From Candidatus Nanohaloarchaea archaeon (lineage in GTDB: Archaea > Nanohalarchaeota > Nanosalinia > Nanosalinales > Nanosalinaceae), in assembly GCA_042217695.1 (NCBI GenBank), contig JBDGSE010000011.1:1-14735 (forward strand): DNA of 14,735 nucleotides. The letters run 5' to 3'. Shown piece after piece: positions 9,287-14,735 of this stretch. The notes under the pieces were generated by a model. The model ran no database searches, was not told the origin of the DNA, and saw nothing but the letters and a program-made list of their open reading frames with translations. Position numbers and translations under genes: made by a program. Numbering within the stretch: the first letter of the stretch is position 1; each line of letters begins with the position of its first letter.

Positions 9287-10003
9287 TCAGAACTGGGTTA
9301 GACCGGTCTGCTCCGCAGGTTTCAACACCTTCCCGGAGGTAAAGGCGACCGCTCTCCTGCCATCGCTGATCATCTGGCCCTTCACGTGTTCTATATCGGG
9401 CAGGAGACCTGTGCGGTCCACAGTCTTCGCCCGGAACTCTTTTTCTGCGTTTATGCTCCGGACTTCGCCGGACAGGCCGTGTTCGTCCATCAGTCCTGAA
9501 AGCCGTGGCTCCGCGGCCTCCAGCTTGTGCTCTTTCCGTATCCTTTCCGGTATCCCCTCGGAGGAGATCTCCTTCTCTCTTTCCAGCGCCCCGTCACCGG
9601 TCAGCTCCGAGAAGACCTCGACGGCATAGTCCGCGCCCTGTTCCAGCCACCGTTCTTCTAGACGGCCGGTGCGGGCGACGCCGACCTTTACTTTTTCACC
9701 GGCCTGCGCCAGGTATACGCTGTACTCCGCGTCGAAACCCGGGCTCGCTTTACCGGTCCTCCAACCGGTGTAGATGTCCTTTTCCCGGCATTCCCGGCAC
9801 TGGTCTCCCGTCTCCAGTTCACGGAACCCGGGGCAGGGAACGTGCTCTCCCATGTCCCTGTGGTAGCCCGTGCAACGCCTCTCCTTCCCGATCTCGTACT
9901 CCAGTTCTCTGCCGGTTTCCAGGGGCACACGGTCGAATCCGTCGGGGGAGGCAAGTACCAGTACAGGGTCGGGTGTCCATGCGACCTTGACGATGGCTCT
10001 CAT
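9287..10003 (-). CDS. DUF2797-family protein (Cys-rich putative Zn site)
   Basis: RRCTGY, PCP, QCRECR, SVYLA, KVGV and RWLEQGAD motifs. ATGA overlap with the traB-like stop. Confidence 0.8.
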   Translation of the reverse strand: MRAIVKVAWTPDPVLVLASPDGFDRVPLETGRELEYEIGKERRCTGYHRDMGEHVPCPGFRELETGDQCRECREKDIYTGWRTGKASPGFDAEYSVYLAQAGEKVKVGVARTGRLEERWLEQGADYAVEVFSELTGDGALEREKEISSEGIPERIRKEHKLEAAEPRLSGLMDEHGLSGEVRSINAEKEFRAKTVDRTGLLPDIEHVKGQMISDGRRAVAFTSGKVLKPAEQTGLTQF

Positions 10004-10599
10004 CGCAGGGCCTCCTGCAGCGGTTTTTTATGGGCGGCACCGACGAACGCCACGATATCTCCTTCAGTATCTTCTCGCACGTGCTCCAGCGCGGCTATCA
10101 TCGCTCCGTTGCGCTCCTCCATGAGTACCTGGTGGAAGCCCGGGAACTCGTCCCTTAACTCATCCACAAGCAGCTCCACCTCCTCTTCACGGGGTATCTT
10201 CGATATGTCAAACTTTCCGCGGAGGAAAAATCCGGCAACAAGAGATGCGACCGCCTTCACTTTTTCCTTCCGCCTTATCGATCTTAACCGCCGGACAGTC
10301 GTCTGGATGTCCTGGTCGATTAACGCGACCTCTCTGCCCTCGCTCACCGCTTTACGGTAGGCGTAGAGCATCTCCTCTCCAGGCATCAGGCCGGTCTTCT
10401 TCCCGATAGAGTCCTGGAACCTTTTCAGGAGGCGGAGCATCAGTGGCCCTCCAGAACGTTTTTCCCCTGTCTCAAGAGCTCTCAGCCTCAGAATGTCGAG
10501 TTCGAGCGCCACGACGTCCGGGTCGTGTTCTTCAAGCGCTCTATCGATGACGTCAAGGCTTTCCTGGGAGACATGGGATGTGCCGTAGATGTGTATCAT
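10000..10599 (-). CDS. TraB/GumN (TraB/PrgY) family protein
   Basis: MIHIYGTSHVS, VALELD..R, PGEEM, LIDQDI, ERN and FVGAAH motifs. Start moved to ATG 10599 because the track start at 10641 lies inside the SRP RNA. Confidence 0.85.
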   Translation of the reverse strand: MIHIYGTSHVSQESLDVIDRALEEHDPDVVALELDILRLRALETGEKRSGGPLMLRLLKRFQDSIGKKTGLMPGEEMLYAYRKAVSEGREVALIDQDIQTTVRRLRSIRRKEKVKAVASLVAGFFLRGKFDISKIPREEEVELLVDELRDEFPGFHQVLMEERNGAMIAALEHVREDTEGDIVAFVGAAHKKPLQEALR

Positions 10600-10605
10600 T
10601 GTGTT

Positions 10606-10610
10606 AAAAA
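10606..10610 (-). terminator. Oligo-T terminator-like tract after SRP RNA
   Basis: TTTTT on the minus strand 3-4 nt past the predicted 3' end of the RNA. Confidence 0.45.
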
Positions 10611-10613
10611 CAG

Positions 10614-10877
10614 CGGGTTCCCAGGGGTCGACGCCTTCCAACGGTCGGTGAGTCCTCGAAGGGCTTCAGATCCGCCACCCCCCGAACAGCCTGCACGGTG
10701 CTTAGGGCTGCTCCCGTCAGGGCCTGGCCCGGTTCACACAGTGCAGACTCCCGGAGGACGGACCCTCGACAGCCTCTTCAGAGGGCCGACCGCCGGAAGT
10801 ACACCTTCCCCTGGTTTTCGGCCCCTGCGTGTAGAGGATTTCAGGTTACAGGCGACCCCGAACCGCCCGGCCTACCC
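10614..10877 (-). ncRNA. ffs: Archaeal signal recognition particle RNA (7S)
   Basis: 5' Alu-like GGGUAGGCCGGGCGGUUCGGGGUCGCCUGUAACCUGAAA; helix 8 GGGCCAGGCCC-UGAC-GGGAGCAGCCC; long self-complementary helix 5 (CCAGGGG/CCCCUGG, GGCGGUCGG/CCGACCGUU). TTTAAC box 31 nt upstream. Confidence 0.93.
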
Positions 10878-10920
10878 ATAAAGACAAAGACATGTTGGTA
10901 ATGTTAAAAGTCTACTCGGT

Positions 10921-11304
10921 TTACTGGCGCGGGAGTTTCTTCTTCCACTCGGAGAGCAGGTTCTCCGGTAACAGACCAACCACTATAAGCCCGAAGATCA
11001 CGAGGTACAGGAGCGGGGTGAAATCTATCACCGTGACGATCTTCTCCGTGCGGTATACCGTGGCCATGTACGCCGTAAAGGTCAGGCCCACAAATGTGGA
11101 GAGAAGGATAAGTATACCGCCCCGCATCCGTTCCCTTTCCATCAGTATGTAGTAAATCAGGGCCGATGCCAGGAACGTCAGGTAGTAGACGGGATTCCCC
11201 TTGAGCCCTGAAGAACCGACAAGCAGGGTGAAGACAAGCATTATGATTATCAGGAACTCCTTTCTCCGGTCCTTTTCATCTGGTTGAAGCCAGATATCGC
11301 CCAT
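10921..11304 (-). CDS. Hypothetical membrane protein (about 4 TM)
   Basis: 127 aa hydrophobic ORF. TTTAAA box 27 nt upstream of the ATG. Confidence 0.75.
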   Translation of the reverse strand: MGDIWLQPDEKDRRKEFLIIIMLVFTLLVGSSGLKGNPVYYLTFLASALIYYILMERERMRGGILILLSTFVGLTFTAYMATVYRTEKIVTVIDFTPLLYLVIFGLIVVGLLPENLLSEWKKKLPRQ

Positions 11305-11345
11305 GACAAGAACTGCGGCGAGGGTTTTAAAGAAACTATTGAATC

Positions 11346-12152
11346 TCAGATCTCGAACTCCATCCCTCTCTGCACTATCCCGAATCCCTTATCCTCGAGC
11401 TCTTCACGTTCCTCGGAGTCCTCCTGGAGGATCGGGTTGGTATGGTTCATGTGGGTGAAGTATATCTCCGTGGAGGAGTCCCTGAACAGTTCCATGGTCT
11501 GTGTCACCGTCGGGTGAGGCACCTCCTCGTAGCGGTCGAGCTCCTCCTTCTCCCAGAAACAGCCGTCCACTATGGCGATGTCTGCTTCTCTCACCGATTT
11601 CTTTGCCTCCTCGGTCCACTTGTCCAGGTCAGTGACGTAGTACACCTTCTTTTCTCCGCCCTGGATCATGAAGGAGAGGGCGTCGGCATAGTCTCCACGG
11701 TGTACCACCTCTCTGGGTTCGATGTGTCCGCCTTGCAGTTCGATGGTCTGTCCATCCTTGACGGTGTGGACCTCTACGTTCTCCCGGTCCAGCAGCCGCC
11801 GGAACGGATCGTTCTGCTTCATGTAGTGCTCCGCGTCGTCGGTGCAGTAAACGGGGACAGAGTTGGCGTCAAGCGAGGACTCTCCGAGCCACAGAAGCCC
11901 GGTTATGTCGCCTAGATGGGTGTGGGATACGAAAACCCCGTCCAGGTAGTCTCCCTTTATCTGGTAGCGGATGTCAGGGCTCGCACCTATCATGTACCGG
12001 ATCGAATCCTCATCATCGTTCTCCTTCAGCATCACCGCGTTGACATAACGCTGTTTCTCCGGGTTCTCCCTTGCTTCCTCGCATACCTCGCATCCACAGC
12101 CCAGGTGCGGAACCCCGCCGTCCTGGACGTTTCCCAGTATCTCAAGCTTCAT
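11346..12152 (-). CDS. MBL-fold metallo-hydrolase, PqqB/PhnP-like
   Basis: MKLEILGNVQDGGVPHLGCGCEVC, ASPD, SHTHLGD, DGCF, VPHP and THMNHTNP motifs. ATG 12152 preferred, with a TTTAAA box 30 nt upstream. Confidence 0.85.
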   Translation of the reverse strand: MKLEILGNVQDGGVPHLGCGCEVCEEARENPEKQRYVNAVMLKENDDEDSIRYMIGASPDIRYQIKGDYLDGVFVSHTHLGDITGLLWLGESSLDANSVPVYCTDDAEHYMKQNDPFRRLLDRENVEVHTVKDGQTIELQGGHIEPREVVHRGDYADALSFMIQGGEKKVYYVTDLDKWTEEAKKSVREADIAIVDGCFWEKEELDRYEEVPHPTVTQTMELFRDSSTEIYFTHMNHTNPILQEDSEEREELEDKGFGIVQRGMEFEI

Positions 12153-12362
12153 GTCTTCCCCCTTGAAAACCAACTTTTTAAATCACCTTTCTCCTGAAAT
12201 AATAAAAATCCGACACGTCAAGCCGTATTGAGCGGACTCCTAAGAGGTTTTAAAGGAGTTAAAGCCCGGATAAGAAGGACAACAGCGATTATATCTGTTT
12301 GTTCATTACTTCAGAACTTTTACCGGCTCCTCTCTGTCCAGACCAGAGAAAGCCTAACCGTA

Positions 12363-12368
12363 TTTAAG
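12363..12368 (+). promoter_or_regulatory. TATA-like box for the tRNA-Cys transcript
   Basis: TTTAAG. The spacing seen at other genes in the window predicts a TSS near 12391-12394. Confidence 0.55.
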
Positions 12369-12450
12369 ACTGGAACCAAATCGCCAATATAGCGGCGGGA
12401 TGGCAGACTCGCACCCGGAAGGTGATTGCACTGCAAACCCGTCAAAACAT

Positions 12451-12578
12451 GCCGGGATGGCAGAGTAGTTATGCAGCCGCCTGCAGCACCTCAAGTCCCG
12501 AGAGGGACGGGGACCAAGAAGAGCTCCACTCTTCGATTCAGCTAGCGGCGTACCGGGGTGCAAATCCCCGTCCCGGCT
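12451..12578 (+). tRNA. tRNA-Cys(GCA) with 57-nt intron at canonical position 37/38 (intron 12487..12543)
   Basis: Acceptor GCCGGGA/TCCCGGC with discriminator U; D arm GCA..TGC; anticodon stem GCCGC/GCGGC with CT-GCA-G|A loop after splicing; T arm CGGGG-TGCAAAT-CCCCG. Spliced length 71 nt, CCA not encoded. Confidence 0.92.
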
Positions 12579-12643
12579 TTAACTGGGATACAGATCGCTG
12601 GAACGGATCGACTGCCGTTCCGTGCGGATAACCGTCCCGGCTT
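12568..12643 (+). repeat. 12-bp direct repeat of the tRNA-Cys 3' end (CCGTCCCGGCTT at 12568-12579 and 12632-12643)
   Basis: Exact match read directly from the sequence. The copies are separated by 52 nt. Confidence 0.85.
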
Positions 12644-12663
12644 CACTGACAGAGAGGGCGCCG

Positions 12664-13062
12664 ATGACAGCTGACATCGACACTGCGATAGCCGTAGTCT
12701 TCACGGGGGAAAAATACCTGGTGATGAAACGTGCCCCGGACAAACCCACCTTTCCCGGCGTATGGGAGTTCCCCGCTGGCATCGTTGAAGAGGATGAATC
12801 CCCGGAAGAAGCTGTTCTACGCGAGCTTGAGGAGGAATCCGGCCTGGCGGGTGAGATAGTCCGCAGGGGTGAACCGTTCGAGGACGATCGGGCCGAGGGC
12901 CGGTTAAGACACCACCCCTTCCTCGTAGAAGTCGATTCCAGGGATATAGAGCTCTCCAGGGAACACGTCGAATATCAATGGATAGAACTGGAAGAACTAC
13001 ACTCGCTGAAAACCAGGGAGAACTATACTGATGTTGTTGAAGCGGTGGGGATTTCGCTGTGA
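12664..13062 (+). CDS. Nudix hydrolase
   Basis: Complete Nudix box GIVEEDESPEEAVLRELEEESGL and LSREH motif. ATG 12664 with GAGGG upstream is preferred over the track GTG at 12622. Confidence 0.9.
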   Translation: MTADIDTAIAVVFTGEKYLVMKRAPDKPTFPGVWEFPAGIVEEDESPEEAVLRELEEESGLAGEIVRRGEPFEDDRAEGRLRHHPFLVEVDSRDIELSREHVEYQWIELEELHSLKTRENYTDVVEAVGISL

Positions 13063-13469
13063 AGGAGCCGGAAGTCGTAGAAGTTGCGACCGCGGTCACC
13101 TACAACCCGGAACGGGAAGAGTTCCTGCTTCTAAAACGCGCGGATACGCACGAACCTTTTTCCGAGAAATGGGAATTCCCTGCAGGGATGATTGAAGGAG
13201 AAGACCCCAAGCATGCAGCGTTGAGAGAGCTTGAGGAGGAAACCGGGTTGAAAGGAGAGTTCTTGAGAGAAGGGAAAAGGTTCAACGTGGACACGGGAGG
13301 AGATACCTACCGGGTTCACCCTGTTCTCGTAGCCGTCAACTCGGAAGAAGTCGAGCTCTCACGGGAACACGTCGACTACCGCTGGGTCTCGAGGGATGAA
13401 GCGCTGGAGATGGATACTGTTAAAGGCTTCCGGAAAGACCTGGAAAACGTGGGTGTGATAGATGGCTGA
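13059..13469 (+). CDS. Nudix hydrolase (paralog of upstream gene)
   Basis: WEFPAGMIEGEDPKHAALRELEEETGL and ELSREHV. GTGA overlap with the previous stop. Confidence 0.9.
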   Translation: MKEPEVVEVATAVTYNPEREEFLLLKRADTHEPFSEKWEFPAGMIEGEDPKHAALRELEEETGLKGEFLREGKRFNVDTGGDTYRVHPVLVAVNSEEVELSREHVDYRWVSRDEALEMDTVKGFRKDLENVGVIDG

Positions 13470-13878
13470 GTTTCCCGTGGCCGTGACCGGTATCGTTACA
13501 AGGAGAGGGAAAATCCTGGTGGGAAAAAAGAAGGGGTCCGACTCCCCAGGCGAGGAGTGGCGCCTACCCGGCGGCCGTCTGAAAGAAGACGGAGACCTCG
13601 AGGAGACGTTGAAACAGAATATAGAGGAAGAGACAGGGCTCGAAGTGGAGGTACACCAGATAGTGGACGCCTACTTCGACGAGGATACAGGCTCTCTCGA
13701 GGCAGTTTACCACTGTGAGGCTGAGGGAGAGGCTGAACCTCTTGACATGGAAGAGGTACGCTGGGTGCAGCCCGGAGACCTTGAACAGGAACTGGGAGAG
13801 AACGCTGCCCAGGTCTTTTCCGAACGGGAACGGATGGAAGACTTCCGGGAAAAACTGGAGAAAATGCCGACTTTCTAG
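13462..13878 (+). CDS. Nudix-fold protein with degenerate Nudix box
   Basis: WRLPGGRLKEDGDLEETLKQNIEEETGL. GGTGTGA SD-like sequence upstream and 8-nt overlap with the previous gene. Confidence 0.8.
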   Translation: MAEFPVAVTGIVTRRGKILVGKKKGSDSPGEEWRLPGGRLKEDGDLEETLKQNIEEETGLEVEVHQIVDAYFDEDTGSLEAVYHCEAEGEAEPLDMEEVRWVQPGDLEQELGENAAQVFSERERMEDFREKLEKMPTF

Positions 13879-13939
13879 AACCCGGTTAAATTCAAACTGA
13901 TACGACGACCCCCGAAGCCGTGGATATTCATCGGTCAGG

Positions 13940-13947
13940 TTTTTAAG
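13940..13947 (+). promoter_or_regulatory. TATA-like box upstream of the cysS leader
   Basis: TTTTTAAG. TTTAAG begins 28 nt before ATG 13970, the same spacing as at 1291, 8313, 8834 and 9254. Confidence 0.6.
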
Positions 13948-13969
13948 AATTCCACGACCATTCCGGGGT

Positions 13970-14002
13970 ATGAGCAGTGGTCGTTTTTGTCCGTGTCGCT
14001 GA
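13970..14002 (+). CDS. Putative leaderless leader peptide MSSGRFCPCR (candidate Cys-sensing uORF)
   Basis: ATG AGC AGT GGT CGT TTT TGT CCG TGT CGC TGA: two Cys codons near the stop, 69 nt upstream of cysS, at the leaderless position relative to a TATA box. Confidence 0.5.
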   Translation: MSSGRFCPCR

Positions 14003-14071
14003 ACAGGTTTCTCTAGAACCAGTGGCTGGGCTGCTCGAAATCTTTAACCGTGTTCTGACGAGGTTTAAACC

Positions 14072-14735
14072 ATGGCGCTGAAACTTTACAACACCCTGAG
14101 CCGGGAGAAAGAAGAGTTCAAACCGATAGAGGACGGAAACGTAAAGTTTTACTCCTGTGGACAGACGATATACGACGATCTACACATAGGAAACGCCCGT
14201 GCCTACGTGGTCTGGGACACTCTTACGCGTTATTTAAAGTGGAAAGGCTACTCGGTGCGTCACGTCCAGAACATAACGGATGTCGGACATCTAACCGATG
14301 ACGGCGACCAGGGAGAGGACAAGGTGGAGAAACGCGCCTCGGAGCTGGGTATGGAGCCGATGGAGCTCGTCGAGACCCAGATAGAACGTTACTTTGAAGA
14401 CACCGCAGCTTTAAACGTCCAGCGCCAGGACATCGTACCAAGGGCCACCGGCCACATAAACGAGATGATTAACTACGTCCAGAAGATACTGGACAACGGC
14501 TACGCCTATGAGAACAACGGCAACATCTACTTCGATGTTGACTCGTTTGCGGAAGACTACCCCTACGGCGACATGGCGAAGAAAGATCTCTCACAGTTAA
14601 AGGAAGAGGCTGTGTCCCGCGTCGACCCGGACGACAACAAGAAAAACCAGTACGACTTCGCGTTGTGGCTTAAAGCGCCCGAGGAGCACCTGATGAAGTG
14701 GGACGCCGAGTTCCATGTCGACGGCGAACTCGTGG
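14072..14735 (+). CDS. cysS: Cysteine--tRNA ligase (5' part, truncated by window end)
   Basis: MALKLYNTLSREKEEFKP..FYSCGQTIYDDLHIGNARAY..VQNITDVGH..EDK and KKNQYDFALWLK. GAGGT SD at 14060-14064. Not in the ORF track because no stop falls in the window. Confidence 0.96.
   Translation, partial: MALKLYNTLSREKEEFKPIEDGNVKFYSCGQTIYDDLHIGNARAYVVWDTLTRYLKWKGYSVRHVQNITDVGHLTDDGDQGEDKVEKRASELGMEPMELVETQIERYFEDTAALNVQRQDIVPRATGHINEMINYVQKILDNGYAYENNGNIYFDVDSFAEDYPYGDMAKKDLSQLKEEAVSRVDPDDNKKNQYDFALWLKAPEEHLMKWDAEFHVDGELV

Noticed and set aside
10525..10901. ORFs 10525..10881 and 10698..10901, and the N-terminal extension of traB to 10641
   Set aside because: They overlap the SRP RNA gene, which explains the sequence.
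12289..12306. Minus-strand micro-ORF MNKQI upstream of the PqqB-like gene
   Set aside because: It has five codons, no informative composition and no convincing promoter spacing, so it is expected by chance.
12383..12445. Resemblance of ATAGCGGCGGG...AAACCCGTCA to 5S rRNA helix II (tRNA-Cys follows 5S in some haloarchaeal operons)
   Set aside because: The conserved loop C sequence (CCCAUCCCGAAC) and helices I, IV and V are absent, and the similarity to the adjacent tRNA ends is stronger. An Rfam search would settle it.
12568..12643. Integrated mobile element at tRNA-Cys (attL/attR)
   Set aside because: Only 52 nt separate the repeats and no integrase or cargo is present. At most this is a scar.
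12394..12643. CRISPR-like mini-array or split/permuted tRNA
   Set aside because: The repeats are short, unequal and tRNA-derived, with no cas genes. The central tRNA is complete, and the flanking units lack a proper anticodon arm or trans-splicing leaders.
12354..12782. Short ORFs across the tRNA region and the GTG 12622 start for the first Nudix gene
   Set aside because: They overlap tRNA-Cys and its flanking structured repeats. ATG 12664 has an SD-like sequence and fits the Nudix fold start.
14223..14441. 72 aa minus-strand ORF
   Set aside because: It lies antisense within cysS.

Overview
This is a gene-dense archaeal chromosomal window. Its strongly acidic proteins, compact genes and TTTAWN boxes about 27-31 nt upstream of most start codons suggest a Nanohaloarchaeota-like DPANN halophile (inference). 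From left to right it holds: a truncated wHTH/acidic coiled-coil gene; an A24 prepilin/preflagellin peptidase; a minus-strand hef - DUF460 - archaeosortase operon whose two downstream genes appear to start at CTG; a HerA/DUF87-like ATPase flanked by membrane proteins (one a degenerate M50-like protease); an Hjc-like nuclease; DUF2797; TraB; an SRP RNA with a UGAC loop that seems to lack helix 6; a PqqB-like MBL hydrolase; an intron-containing tRNA-Cys(GCA) flanked by two tRNA-like hairpins; three tandem Nudix genes; and the 5' part of cysS. The best lead is an unannotated 10-codon, apparently leaderless uORF (MSSGRFCPCR) upstream of cysS, followed by mutually exclusive RNA pairings around the cysS Shine-Dalgarno site. 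It is a candidate cysteine-sensing attenuator in an archaeon. All family calls come from motif recognition and hand-folding, not database searches.
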